A DNA stretch of 64,000 nucleotides from assembly GCA_046052065.1 (NCBI GenBank), contig JBJOND010000004.1:5007-69006 (forward strand), written 5' to 3'. Below, piece after piece: positions 28,204 to 37,825 of the stretch. A program made the position numbers and the translations under genes. This DNA comes from Bacteroidota bacterium. GTDB taxonomy: Bacteria; Bacteroidota; Bacteroidia; AKYH767-A; OLB10. Numbering within the stretch: position 1 is the first letter of the stretch; each line of letters opens with the position of its first letter. The notes beneath the pieces were generated by a model that worked only from the letters and a program-made list of their open reading frames with translations, was not told the origin of the DNA and did no database searches.

Positions 28204-28737
28204 TTAATTAACTCTTTTTCCTTTGGCAACTTTCTCTGTCTGCTGAATATCTTTTAATGATTTCTTTTTGAAGAGCAGTACAGCACCGCCACCTGAGTAT
28301 AAATAATATTCCTGATTATTATAACTGATTTTGTATCTGCCTCCATCTTGAATAGCAGCCAAACGATAATAGCCATTTTTATCTCCTTTACTCATGAATA
28401 CAATTCCTTTATTCATTCCGTCTTCAAATGCTACTTTCACCGTTGTCAAATCAACTGTTTCATCAACAGTACCAGGAGTTTTAGATTTTATAACTACCAA
28501 CTCATCACTTTTGCTTGTCTTAATAATTAGCTTCCCATCTTCTACGGCTTTGTCTACTTCTGTTGGTGTTCCATTTTTCAAAGTCACTTCATCGGAAATA
28601 TAAAACTGCAATTTCGATAATTCTTGATTAGTCAATTTGTATTTTTCTCTGACAGCTTGTGTAAATGGAATTTTAGGAGAGCATGAAGTAAGTAAGACAA
28701 CTGCTAATACTCCTAATTGAGCTTTGATGTTTTTCAT
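28204..28737 (-). CDS. Hypothetical lipoprotein
   Basis: 177 aa. Lipobox-like signal MKNIKAQLGVLAVVLLTSC. No family recognised. Confidence 0.65.
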   Translation of the reverse strand: MKNIKAQLGVLAVVLLTSCSPKIPFTQAVREKYKLTNQELSKLQFYISDEVTLKNGTPTEVDKAVEDGKLIIKTSKSDELVVIKSKTPGTVDETVDLTTVKVAFEDGMNKGIVFMSKGDKNGYYRLAAIQDGGRYKISYNNQEYYLYSGGGAVLLFKKKSLKDIQQTEKVAKGKRVN

Positions 28738-28814
28738 AGTGCTATTTTTTTAGTCGCGCGCCGTTGGCAAATATTATTCCAAAGAATGGAACACAAAATT
28801 GATGATGTTAATCG

Positions 28815-28896
28815 TGACCAGAACGAGATTCGAACTCGTACGCCTCGCAGCGCCACCCCCTCAAAGTGGTGCGTCTACCAATTTCGCCACCTGGCC
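28815..28896 (-). tRNA. tRNA-Leu (anticodon GAG), type II with long variable arm
   Basis: The reverse complement folds by hand. Acceptor GGCCAGG/TCTGGTC, D-arm GCG-AAATTGGTAGA-CGC, anticodon stem CCACT/GGTGG with loop TTGAGGG. It also has the variable arm CGC-TGCGAG-GCG and T-arm ACGAG-TTCGAAT-CTCGT. No CCA is encoded. Confidence 0.9.
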
Positions 28897-28915
28897 ATAA
28901 CTTTATTAGGGATTG

Positions 28916-28945
28916 CAAATATATTAAGTTTGCAGGTACCACAAA
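28916..28945 (-). promoter_or_regulatory. Bacteroidota-type promoter for tRNA-Leu (-33 TTTG / -7 TATATTTG)
   Basis: The minus strand reads TTTG (28945-28942), an 18-nt spacer, then TATATTTG (28923-28916). This ends 19 nt upstream of the mature tRNA 5' end and matches the TTTG...TAnnTTTG consensus. Confidence 0.5.
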
Positions 28946-28952
28946 AGTACTT

Positions 28953-30071
28953 TTAGTTTTTCAGCCAATTCAGTGACGCAGTTCCTAATTCACCTCGTAC
29001 AGTAATGGTATAATAGCCGTCAGCCATATCATTTAACTCATCCAATGCTATTCTTCCCTGAACTGCATTTTTAGAAATGCTTTTCAAAAAGGTTCCATTA
29101 ATCGCATAAACCCCTATTTCACATTGTCCATTTTTAAAATTACTCAACTCCATCGTTACATTTTCTCCATTTGATGGATTTGGAAATATTCGTGCATCAA
29201 TAGGTTGAGGATTATTAGTTAAGCCAACCGTTAAATCACGATAAATATCCTTGTAACGAATTGATGTTACCGTTTCATTTGGTCCGTTGACGGTCACATT
29301 AATTTGCAAAACCGGTACTTTTCCATTAGTCGTAAGCCATTTGTATTCTCTTGTTATTGCTCTCGGAAATGATAATCCCAATCCAACTGAACTTATAAAG
29401 ACCGAATCTTCTCCAGTTAATTCAGAAACCACGCGCAACGTATTGAACGTGCCAAAAGGTGTAATTAATGTACCCCAACCGTCAACATTATTCACTCGGC
29501 GCTGTTGACCAACAGCAGAACCTTGACTAGGTATTGAGATCGAATAATCTGAATCGGAGGAATCTATGTTTCCAAAATTACATGGGAAAGAGTAAATAAT
29601 ATCTTTATTACCATATGGTATAGGAGTAGTAACCCCAGAAATATTAGCCCCAAATCCTACTTGCTTGTAATTACTATTAGAGTTATAAAAATAATTATAC
29701 ACATCGGTAATTGGAACGGCGCCGCCACCACCTGCTAAATTAGCACCTTTCGCTGCTATGTTCGCTCTGTTAGAATTGAAGGGTAGATTTGCAAAAAATA
29801 TGGCGTAAGTTATACCTGTTGAGGTTACTGCTAAAGAAGTATCGACTTCCTGACTATTGGGAACTAATCCACTGTAATCCCATAAAGCATTAGCACCATT
29901 AGTTGCCAAGGATGTATTTGCAGGAACTGTATTAGTTACACTTAATCGAACAGTGTCGCCAGCAGCAGCAAAATCACCAGTGCCAATAGTTATTTGACTA
30001 AATGAATAACCTGAAAATGTTAAGCAAAATACGAGCGTAATTATTTTTTTCATATTTGAAAGTTTTCTCAA
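28953..30071 (-). CDS. Secreted protein with T9SS C-terminal sorting domain
   Basis: 372 aa with a signal peptide. The C-terminal ~80 aa (IFPNPSNGENVTMELSNF...GVYAINGTFL...DGYYTITVRG) is a typical type A Por secretion tail. Confidence 0.8.
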   Translation of the reverse strand: MRKLSNMKKIITLVFCLTFSGYSFSQITIGTGDFAAAGDTVRLSVTNTVPANTSLATNGANALWDYSGLVPNSQEVDTSLAVTSTGITYAIFFANLPFNSNRANIAAKGANLAGGGGAVPITDVYNYFYNSNSNYKQVGFGANISGVTTPIPYGNKDIIYSFPCNFGNIDSSDSDYSISIPSQGSAVGQQRRVNNVDGWGTLITPFGTFNTLRVVSELTGEDSVFISSVGLGLSFPRAITREYKWLTTNGKVPVLQINVTVNGPNETVTSIRYKDIYRDLTVGLTNNPQPIDARIFPNPSNGENVTMELSNFKNGQCEIGVYAINGTFLKSISKNAVQGRIALDELNDMADGYYTITVRGELGTASLNWLKN

Positions 30072-30082
30072 ATATAAAAAAC

Positions 30083-30108
30083 AATAAAAAAGGAGGGTTA
30101 CCCCTCCT
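30083..30108 (-). terminator. Rho-independent terminator downstream of the peroxiredoxin gene
   Basis: Stem AGGAGGG (30091-30097) pairs with CCCTCCT (30102-30108) around loop TTAC. On the minus strand the hairpin is followed by a T-run (plus-strand A-run 30085-30090). Confidence 0.7.
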
Positions 30109-30130
30109 CTACTTTTATCAAATTATTTTT

Positions 30131-30598
30131 TTAAAGTGCTTCGATAGCTTTTGCGATTGCCTCGAAATTAGGAATATCACCTGCGCTTTCTAATACTTCA
30201 GCATACTGAATAACACCATCTTTATCTGCTAAAAATGCTGAACGTTTTGCAGTTCCTTTCATCCCTAGGACAAAATCATCGTATTGAGATCCGAAATCTG
30301 CACATACTGTTTTATTGTAATCAGATGCAAGCGTAAAGTTAAGTGCTTGCTCTTCTTTGTACTTTGCTAATGTAAAAAGTGTATCTGTTGAAACACCAAT
30401 CACATTTACAGATGCGTTGTTATAACGCGCAATGTCGTCTCTAACTGAACAAAGTTCTTTTGTACATACGCCTGTAAAAGCCGCTGGAAAGAACAAAAAC
30501 AATGTCGCTTTTCCGCTGATTGTTTCATTTGTAATTTCCTGTTTGTCGGAATCAAACATTTTGAATTCCGGTAATTTTGATCCTACTGTTAATTGCAT
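30131..30598 (-). CDS. Peroxiredoxin (AhpC/TSA-redoxin family)
   Basis: 155 aa. The peroxidatic Cys context is FFPAAFTGVCTKE. Confidence 0.85.
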   Translation of the reverse strand: MQLTVGSKLPEFKMFDSDKQEITNETISGKATLFLFFPAAFTGVCTKELCSVRDDIARYNNASVNVIGVSTDTLFTLAKYKEEQALNFTLASDYNKTVCADFGSQYDDFVLGMKGTAKRSAFLADKDGVIQYAEVLESAGDIPNFEAIAKAIEAL

Positions 30599-30647
30599 TT
30601 GATTTATGTTTTTTAATTTGATTAAATTAATTGATTAGTCAACAAAA

Positions 30648-31427
30648 CTAAAGTCCTTTTTGTTTTGCCTCGTTCCAGAATACATCCATTTCATTTAATG
30701 ATAAATGATCAAAGGAAAGATTGTTTTCTTTAATCTTCTCCTCCATAAACTGAAATCGTCGGATGAATTTTCTATTGGTTCTTTCCAAAGCTTCCTCTGG
30801 ATTGATATTTTTAAATCGTGCGTAATTTACTAGTGCGAACAATAAGTCACCAAACTCATCTTCTGCCTTTTGTTGTTCACCATTCTCCACTTCAATTTTA
30901 AATTCACGCAATTCTTCTTCTACTTTCTCAAAAACCTGCTCTTCCTTTTCCCAGTCAAAACCAACAGCACGCGCCTTTTCCTGAATACGCATCGATTTAA
31001 TTAATGCAGGTAATGATGTTGGAACTCCACCTAAAACTGACTTATTTCCTTCTTTCAACTTTAGCTTCTCCCAATTCTGACTCACTTCTGTAGCATCATG
31101 TACTTTAACGTCGCCATAAATATGCGGGTGACGATGAATTAACTTTTCACAGATACTATTAAGCACATCTGCAATATCAAACTCATTTGTTTCAGATGCA
31201 ATTTTAGCATAAAACACCATATGCAAGATAATATCGCCTAGCTCTTTTTTTACCTCCTGAATATCATTCTCCATGATTGCATCCGTCAATTCATAAACTT
31301 CCTCAATTGTAAGGTGACGTAGCGTTTGCATAGTCTGCTTCTTATCCCATGGGCACTGCGAACGGAGGTCGTCCATAATAGTTAACAACCTTTCAAAAGC
31401 CGCCTTTTTATCTTCCACTGTATGCAT
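30648..31427 (-). CDS. mazG: Nucleoside triphosphate pyrophosphohydrolase MazG
   Basis: 259 aa with two tandem MazG domains (EEVYELTDAI...ELGDIILHMVFYA and EEELREF...EFGDLLFALVNYA). Confidence 0.9.
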   Translation of the reverse strand: MHTVEDKKAAFERLLTIMDDLRSQCPWDKKQTMQTLRHLTIEEVYELTDAIMENDIQEVKKELGDIILHMVFYAKIASETNEFDIADVLNSICEKLIHRHPHIYGDVKVHDATEVSQNWEKLKLKEGNKSVLGGVPTSLPALIKSMRIQEKARAVGFDWEKEEQVFEKVEEELREFKIEVENGEQQKAEDEFGDLLFALVNYARFKNINPEEALERTNRKFIRRFQFMEEKIKENNLSFDHLSLNEMDVFWNEAKQKGL

Positions 31428-31478
31428 TGGGCAAAGGTAATAATTAACTGAATAGTTGTAATTTCGTTAGCTGATTCT

Positions 31479-32555
31479 ATGAAACGATTTTTATTGTTTT
31501 TATCCCTGCTCCTAATATCCTTTTTCAGTTTTGGTCAATCGTTAAAAAATTGGTCTGCCACTGCTAAATTGGGAAACGGATTTATTGTAGCTCATCGTCC
31601 TTCGGTGGTACATGTTTTACAAAAGCATTGTCGCAGCGCTGAAGTAAACTTTACCAAATCGACAGAAAAAAAAGGTGGATGGGAAGAACTTTATAATTTT
31701 CCTGAGATTGGCTTCGGATATCAGTATTTTAATCTCGGAAATCCGCAGGAGTTAGGAAGTGCTCAAGGATTATTTGGCCTGATTAAATTGAAGTTATTCA
31801 AATTTAAAACAAGCTATTTTAAAACACATTTAGGATTAGGAGTTGGATATGTATCCAAACCATTCGACATAAACGATAACTACAAAAACCTGTTAGTTGG
31901 TTCCAAAATAAACGCGACTATTACAACTGGAATTGAATATCAAATCAAGCTTAGCAAGAAATCTGAATTTAAAAGTGGTATAAACCTAACTCATTATAGT
32001 AATGGAGGAAGCAACGTGCCAAATATGGGGATTAACCTTGCAATGTTAAATATTGGATTAGTCTATCATCTAAGTGATTTGAATCAATTAAAAAAGGACA
32101 CTTTGAATATTGAAAGAACTGAAGCATTTGAAATATTACTTGCTGGCGGTATCAAGCAAATTTACCCTCCTAATAGTTCGAAATATGGTATTGGAATTAT
32201 AACGGCTGATTATTTATGGCCAATAAAAAATAAATCCATATTCACTATTGGCGCAGACGCCTTTCTTGATAAATCGCACAAGGCATTTCTATTACAAGAT
32301 TCGATTATAACTGACGGAGTCGATGGCTTTTTGAGAGGAGGAATACATGTTGGATACGGATTAAGAGTAGGAAAATGCACCGGAATTTTACAAACAGGAT
32401 ATTACTTATTCAATCCGAATAAAATTGACGCTAGCATCTACAATACACTATCGTTTAGATACCATATAAACGAACACTGGTTCGTTTGTTTTAATTTAAA
32501 ATCACATTATGCGCGAGCAGACTATTTTCAATATGGAATTGGCTACCACCTATAG
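31479..32555 (+). CDS. Acyloxyacyl hydrolase / PagL-like lipid A deacylase family outer membrane protein
   Basis: 358 aa with a signal peptide. It has beta-barrel-like alternating patterns and an HxSNG catalytic-type motif (LTHYSNGGSNVPNMG). Confidence 0.6.
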   Translation: MKRFLLFLSLLLISFFSFGQSLKNWSATAKLGNGFIVAHRPSVVHVLQKHCRSAEVNFTKSTEKKGGWEELYNFPEIGFGYQYFNLGNPQELGSAQGLFGLIKLKLFKFKTSYFKTHLGLGVGYVSKPFDINDNYKNLLVGSKINATITTGIEYQIKLSKKSEFKSGINLTHYSNGGSNVPNMGINLAMLNIGLVYHLSDLNQLKKDTLNIERTEAFEILLAGGIKQIYPPNSSKYGIGIITADYLWPIKNKSIFTIGADAFLDKSHKAFLLQDSIITDGVDGFLRGGIHVGYGLRVGKCTGILQTGYYLFNPNKIDASIYNTLSFRYHINEHWFVCFNLKSHYARADYFQYGIGYHL

Positions 32556-33282
32556 AAATCGATTATTAATTTTCCTGCTTGCATTATTGTCATTTACAAG
32601 CTGTGAGAAAGTATGCGACTGTGCAAAAGGCACAGGCGCAATTACATCTGAATTCAGATTAACCAATGCTATTCAAAAAATAGAACTTTATAATAATATT
32701 GATCTTGTCATTCACATCGACAGTAATTCTAAAATAAAAATCACCGCTGGCGAAAATTTAATCTCAGAAATAACTACCGAAAACGATAATGGTATTTTAA
32801 AAATCAAGAATAAAAACAACTGTAATTGGGTTAGAAAATTCAATCCTAAGATTATTGTAGAAGTATGGACGCCCAACTTAACTAATCTACTAGCCCAAGA
32901 TGCGACAGGTGATATTTATTTTGAAGATAGCTTAGATTGCAATGAATTTTATTTTGACAGCTATAGCAGTACAGGGAAATTTAATTTCAAGTTAAAAGGT
33001 TCAGAAGCACACTTGAATATCAATAGTGGACCAGCAGATATCAAAGCAATTGGCGCTGTAACCAACTTTTATTTGTACGGCGTAGGCTATGGCAAGCTAG
33101 ATTGTGTAAATTTGCACTCCGATTACGTTTTCGTTACTAATAAAGGCACCAATGATTTTTTAGTAAATGCTCAACAACTAATCGAGGCGAACATATACGG
33201 AGTTGGAAATATTTATTATCAGGGGAATCCAACTTCGATATTAAAAAAAGAATTAGGACAAGGAAAATTAATCTCATTATAG
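32533..33282 (+). CDS. DUF2807 (head GIN domain) lipoprotein
   Basis: The internal Met at 32533 gives the lipoprotein signal MELATTYRNRLLIFLLALLSFTSC. Repeated beta-helix-like units follow (GDIYFEDSL..., GKFNFKLKG..., ADIKAIG...). Confidence 0.65.
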   Translation: MELATTYRNRLLIFLLALLSFTSCEKVCDCAKGTGAITSEFRLTNAIQKIELYNNIDLVIHIDSNSKIKITAGENLISEITTENDNGILKIKNKNNCNWVRKFNPKIIVEVWTPNLTNLLAQDATGDIYFEDSLDCNEFYFDSYSSTGKFNFKLKGSEAHLNINSGPADIKAIGAVTNFYLYGVGYGKLDCVNLHSDYVFVTNKGTNDFLVNAQQLIEANIYGVGNIYYQGNPTSILKKELGQGKLISL

Positions 33283-33286
33283 CAAG

Positions 33287-35206
33287 GTGTTAGTACTTCA
33301 AAATATTTTATTCGAATTTGGTTCACGCGTTTTATACAGCGATTTAAATTGGCATATTAAACCCAATGAAAAAATTGGACTTATCGGCGCAAACGGTACA
33401 GGTAAATCTACCCTACTACGAGTTATAAGTGGTGAGTATAGTCCATCAGGAGGAACTATCTCAAAAAGGAATGACCTTGTACTTGGTTTTCTAAACCAGG
33501 ATTTATTAAGTTACCTATCAGAAAAATCAATTTTAGATGTTGCAATGGAAGCGTTTGAAAGAGCAAACGAACTTCATCTTGAAATTGAAGAATGTTTGAA
33601 AGAATTGGAACATGACTATTCCGATGGCATTCTAGATCGCCTACACAAAGCACAAGTAGAGTATGATAATTTAGATGGATATTCTTTACAACACAAAGCA
33701 GAATCAATTTTAGAAGGGCTAGGATTTTCTACTGCTGATTTATCACGACCTCTAAAAGAATTCTCAGGAGGTTGGAGAATGCGCGTGATGCTGGCAAAGA
33801 CGTTATTGAGAAAGCCTAATTTGCTTCTGCTGGATGAGCCTACCAATCACCTCGACTTACCCTCAATTCAATGGCTAGAAGAATACTTAATGCAGTATGA
33901 AGGAACAGTAGTAATTGTATCTCATGATAGATATTTCCTAGATAAAATTGTTAATCGAATTGTAGAAATTGAGCATCAAAAAATCACCATCTACACAGGT
34001 GATTATACTAACTACCTCGAAGAAAAAGCTGAAAGGCAAGAATTGCAAGCTAATCAGTTTAAAAACCAGGAAAAATACATTAAAGAACAAGAGCGATTTA
34101 TTGAACGATTTAAAGCCAAAGCATCTAAAGCAAGTGCGGCTCAATCAAGAATGAAAGCACTTGAAAAATTAGAAAGAGTTGAAGCTGTTGAAGGCCCATC
34201 AGCTGCCATCAGAGTCCGATTTGCAGTAGATAAAAACCCAGGCAGAGTTTTACAGAAACTTGAAATAGAAGATAAACGTTACGGCAACCAAGTAATATTT
34301 CATCATGCGCAAGCCGAAGTCACGCGAGGAGATAAAATCGCTTTTGTTGGTGCGAACGGAAAAGGAAAATCGACTTTACTAAGAATGTTATTTGGTTCTG
34401 AACAATTTGAAGGAAAATCCGAACCAGGCTATAACGTTGTTACTTCATTTTACGCGCAGCATCAGTTAGAGTCGTTAAATAAAGAATCTTCTGCACTCGA
34501 AGAGTTACAAATTTTCGCACCAGAAGAATCAGATACTTATTTAAGATCATTACTTGGCGCCTTTTTATTAAAGGGTGACGAAGTATTTAAAAAAATCAAA
34601 GTATTATCAGGAGGAGAACGTGCACGTGTTGCATTAGCAAAAACAATTCTTGCAAAAGCGAATTTCTTATTGCTTGATGAGCCTACCAATCACCTCGACA
34701 TGCAAAGTGTGAACGTTTTGGTGGATGTCCTTAACCGTTATGAAGGCTCCTACGTTGTAGTATCTCATGATCGATATTTCTTATCTCGTATTGCCAACAA
34801 AATCTGGTATATTGAAGACCATTTGCTGAAAGAATATCCTGGAACCTATGTTGAATTCGATCAGTATATGGAATTAAAAAAGGTCAAAGAAAAGGAAAAC
34901 GAGAAAAGTAAAAATGCTTCGATTAAATTAGAAAAGAAAGAAGTAAAAGAAGAGCAGCCTGTTGCTACATCCAACAAAAAAGAAAAACAAAAGCTTGAGC
35001 AAAAGGCTAAGAAAATTGAAGAGCAAATCAATTCCTTAAAGAAAAAAATCGAAGAGCTGAATTTACAAATGAGTCAGCCCGATGTTTTAAAAAACACTAA
35101 CTCTGTTAAAGAATTGCAAGCAAAAACCGGATTGGTTGAAAACGAAGTAAAATCATTAACATCTGAATGGGAATCCATCTACGAGCAACTGCTTTCAGAA
35201 GATTAA
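33287..35206 (+). CDS. ABC-F family ATPase (two ABC domains, no TM domain)
   Basis: 639 aa. Two Walker A sites (GANGTGKST, GANGKGKST), two signature motifs (FSGGWRMR, LSGGERAR), and a Lys/Glu-rich coiled-coil C-terminus. Confidence 0.9.
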   Translation: MLVLQNILFEFGSRVLYSDLNWHIKPNEKIGLIGANGTGKSTLLRVISGEYSPSGGTISKRNDLVLGFLNQDLLSYLSEKSILDVAMEAFERANELHLEIEECLKELEHDYSDGILDRLHKAQVEYDNLDGYSLQHKAESILEGLGFSTADLSRPLKEFSGGWRMRVMLAKTLLRKPNLLLLDEPTNHLDLPSIQWLEEYLMQYEGTVVIVSHDRYFLDKIVNRIVEIEHQKITIYTGDYTNYLEEKAERQELQANQFKNQEKYIKEQERFIERFKAKASKASAAQSRMKALEKLERVEAVEGPSAAIRVRFAVDKNPGRVLQKLEIEDKRYGNQVIFHHAQAEVTRGDKIAFVGANGKGKSTLLRMLFGSEQFEGKSEPGYNVVTSFYAQHQLESLNKESSALEELQIFAPEESDTYLRSLLGAFLLKGDEVFKKIKVLSGGERARVALAKTILAKANFLLLDEPTNHLDMQSVNVLVDVLNRYEGSYVVVSHDRYFLSRIANKIWYIEDHLLKEYPGTYVEFDQYMELKKVKEKENEKSKNASIKLEKKEVKEEQPVATSNKKEKQKLEQKAKKIEEQINSLKKKIEELNLQMSQPDVLKNTNSVKELQAKTGLVENEVKSLTSEWESIYEQLLSED

Positions 35207-36474
35207 TTTCAACACTGCTTTTAAGTTTTCTTCTGTGTACTAATTTATGTGGGCAAGTAATCACGTCTGATTCATTGTTATTTGAAAATAAAATTTTTGA
35301 TGAATCCTTCAAGACTATCATCTTTTCAAAACTAAATAATAATTTAAGTGAACCCGTTTTAGCATTAAACTCGAATGAAAAACTAAAATTTCAATTTGAT
35401 GATTTAAGTGAGGAGCCGAAAGATTTGAGTTTTACATTTATTCATTTCGATCGTGATGGAAAAAGAAGTATACTTACCGAAAGTGACTATATCAATGGAT
35501 TTAACTTCGACCATCTAGCTAATTTCAAGAATTCTTTTAATACTAATCAGAATTATTTTCATTACGAACTTACTATTCCGAATGAAAACATCCAGCCTAT
35601 TATTTCAGGCAATTACCTTTTAGTTGTTTTTGACAATGCCAATCCCGAAAAAATTTATTTAACCCAACGGTTTTGGATTACCGAAAATACCGCTACACTA
35701 AATGCAAAAATCCAAAGGGCCAATGACATCGAAATCAGAAATACCCATCAGGAAATAGATGTGAAAGTGAATATTGGTACTACAAAAATTAACAATCCAT
35801 ACGACGACAGCAAATTGATTATTGTACAAAACAATAATTTCAAAAGTGCGATAACTGACTTAAAGCCCGTATTTATTGTGGATAAAGAATGGGATTACAA
35901 CTACGACTTAGAGAATACCTTTTGGGGCGGAAATGAATTTAGGAATTTTGATGTTCGAAGTGTAAAATTTCTAACTCAATACATTGAACGCATTCAAATC
36001 GATTCGTTGAATAAATTAACGAGTGTGTATTTGAAAAAGGAAGAGAAAAAAAACACGCAACGATATGCAATTGCTGACGATGTTAATGGTCGTTTTTTAA
36101 TCAAGGTTTATGAAGGACAAAACGATGCACTGGAAGCAGATTATGTGTATGTGAATTTCAATTTGCCTGTAATGGAAAAGTTTGATAGTGCTGAAGTTTA
36201 TCTATTCGGACAATTATCCAATTGGGAATTTAGTCCTGCTTTTGCCATGAACTACAACGAAGATGATGGCTGTTATAACAAAACCTTATTGGTTAAACAA
36301 GGCTACTACAATTACTTATATTTTGTGAATGAGAAATCGTTGGGCATCCCCTCACCTCTTTTAATTGAAGGCTCACATTTCGAAACCAGAAACAATTACC
36401 AGCTTTTTTTCTACTCGAGAGATATTGGGAGTCGTTATGACCGACTTTCAGGATATGCACTAATTGAGAATTAA
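35167..36474 (+). CDS. Secreted beta-rich protein, possibly DUF5103 / T9SS plug-like (family by recall only)
   Basis: 435 aa. The signal region is RRLISTLLLSFLLCTNLCGQ. The only ATG start, at 35167, overlaps the ABC-F gene by 40 nt. Confidence 0.55.
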   Translation: MGIHLRATAFRRLISTLLLSFLLCTNLCGQVITSDSLLFENKIFDESFKTIIFSKLNNNLSEPVLALNSNEKLKFQFDDLSEEPKDLSFTFIHFDRDGKRSILTESDYINGFNFDHLANFKNSFNTNQNYFHYELTIPNENIQPIISGNYLLVVFDNANPEKIYLTQRFWITENTATLNAKIQRANDIEIRNTHQEIDVKVNIGTTKINNPYDDSKLIIVQNNNFKSAITDLKPVFIVDKEWDYNYDLENTFWGGNEFRNFDVRSVKFLTQYIERIQIDSLNKLTSVYLKKEEKKNTQRYAIADDVNGRFLIKVYEGQNDALEADYVYVNFNLPVMEKFDSAEVYLFGQLSNWEFSPAFAMNYNEDDGCYNKTLLVKQGYYNYLYFVNEKSLGIPSPLLIEGSHFETRNNYQLFFYSRDIGSRYDRLSGYALIEN

Positions 36475-36589
36475 TTTTCACCCATCGTAAAGGTCATTAA
36501 CCTCCATTTTAATGCGCTTTGTCAAATTTTGAAATGAGTAATTCAATTCCGCTATATTTTTGAAAAACCTAAAAAGCCATTCATCCAAC

Positions 36590-36982
36590 ATGAATATATT
36601 TACAGAAGTTACAGCAGGGATAAAAGTAAGTGTAGAGACGTTTTATCAACCAACACATAGCACTCCAGGATTCAGTCAATTTGTTTTTGCTTACCGCATT
36701 AGCATAACCAACGATAGTGATTACATGGTGCAACTAAAAAAACGCCATTGGCACATCATCGGATCTGATAATACTCACAGAGAAGTAGAAGGCGAAGGTG
36801 TTGTTGGCGAGCAACCATTCATTGCACAAGGTGAGACATATCGATATGTTTCTGGCTGTAATCTAAATACCGAAATAGGAAAAATGTACGGAACCTATCT
36901 CATGGAAAGAGTAACAGACAACAAACTCTTTTTTGTTAAAATTCCTGAGTTTAAAATGGTAGTACCATCACGATTAAACTGA
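36590..36982 (+). CDS. apaG: ApaG protein
   Basis: The track start at 36560 is TTG. ATG at 36590 gives MNIFTEVTAGIKVSVETFYQPTHSTPGFSQFVFAYRISITN, a typical ApaG N-terminus, and GEGVVGEQP appears later. Confidence 0.85.
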   Translation: MNIFTEVTAGIKVSVETFYQPTHSTPGFSQFVFAYRISITNDSDYMVQLKKRHWHIIGSDNTHREVEGEGVVGEQPFIAQGETYRYVSGCNLNTEIGKMYGTYLMERVTDNKLFFVKIPEFKMVVPSRLN

Positions 36983-37004
36983 CATCAACAAGCAGTTAAC
37001 CAAG

Positions 37005-37036
37005 ACCCCTGAAGTAACTCTCAGGGGTTATTTTTT
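37005..37036 (+). terminator. Rho-independent terminator of apaG, overlapping the trmH-family stop codon
   Basis: An 8-bp stem, ACCCCTGA (37005-37012) with TCAGGGGT (37021-37028), has an 8-nt loop and is followed by TATTTTTT. The 3' arm contains the TGA stop (37021-37023, minus strand) of the convergent gene. Confidence 0.7.
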
Positions 37037-37782
37037 CTACAGTATTCGCTGCAAACAATTCCAGCAGCAACCGCCACATTCAACGACTCGGCCTTACTTG
37101 ATTTATTAGCAGGGCGAGGTATATGAACCCCTTGAGTGATAAATGCATTAAGCACAGGATTTACTCCACGGCTTTCGTTTCCTAAAATCACAAAACAAGA
37201 GTTATCCATTTCTGAATTGTAAATATTCTCACCTGATAAAAGAGTAGCATAAACAGGCCATTTATTTCCATCGGCATTTTTTAGTAAAACGTCGGCTAAA
37301 GAGCTATAATGAATCTTCACATTAAATACGCTTCCCATCGAAGCTTGTATTACTTTAGGATTAAATACATCAGCCGTATCGGGCGAACAAATGACAGAAG
37401 TAACTCCAAACCAATCAGCAATACGAATAATTGTCCCAAGGTTCCCGGGATCTTGAATTTGATCTAATAACAGATGTAATCCCTGTGATAGTTGATTAAC
37501 AGGTCCTTCTAAAGCAGGCATCTCTACCACAGCAAGCACTTTATTCGGGGTTTGAAGTCCGCTTACCCTTTCCATTTCTGCCTCTGTGATAATCTCTAGC
37601 GGCAACGATGTATGCTGATCAGGTACCCAGCTACTGGTTGCATAAAGTTGACTGACTTTAAAATCAGACTTCAATACTTCGGACACCATTTTAGGTCCTT
37701 CTACAATGAATAATCCTTCTTCATTTCTGAATTTCTTTTGTTGAAGAGAACGTAAAAAACTAATCGTTGATTTAGAAGCCAT
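37021..37782 (-). CDS. TrmH/SpoU-family RNA 2'-O-methyltransferase
   Basis: 253 aa. SpoU motifs DQIQDPGNLGTIIRIADWFG, FVILGNESRGV and ESLNVAVAAGI. Confidence 0.85.
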   Translation of the reverse strand: MASKSTISFLRSLQQKKFRNEEGLFIVEGPKMVSEVLKSDFKVSQLYATSSWVPDQHTSLPLEIITEAEMERVSGLQTPNKVLAVVEMPALEGPVNQLSQGLHLLLDQIQDPGNLGTIIRIADWFGVTSVICSPDTADVFNPKVIQASMGSVFNVKIHYSSLADVLLKNADGNKWPVYATLLSGENIYNSEMDNSCFVILGNESRGVNPVLNAFITQGVHIPRPANKSSKAESLNVAVAAGIVCSEYCRKNNP

Positions 37783-37825
37783 TGAAATTTAATATTCGTT
37801 TAATATTGTATTTTTACAGCTGAAA

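Noticed and set aside
28717-28956. Plus-strand 79-aa ORF
   Set aside because: It lies directly antisense to the hand-folded tRNA-Leu(GAG) at 28815-28896 and its promoter. It has no coding features.
28815-30071. tRNA-Leu as a possible genomic-island integration site
   Set aside because: No integrase, no direct repeat of the tRNA 3' end, and no mobile-element genes lie on either side. The neighbouring genes are ordinary (a lipoprotein and T9SS cargo).
30648-31427. MazG as part of a toxin-antitoxin or anti-phage module
   Set aside because: It is a stand-alone tandem-domain housekeeping-type MazG. There are no mazEF-like small genes or other defence genes adjacent.
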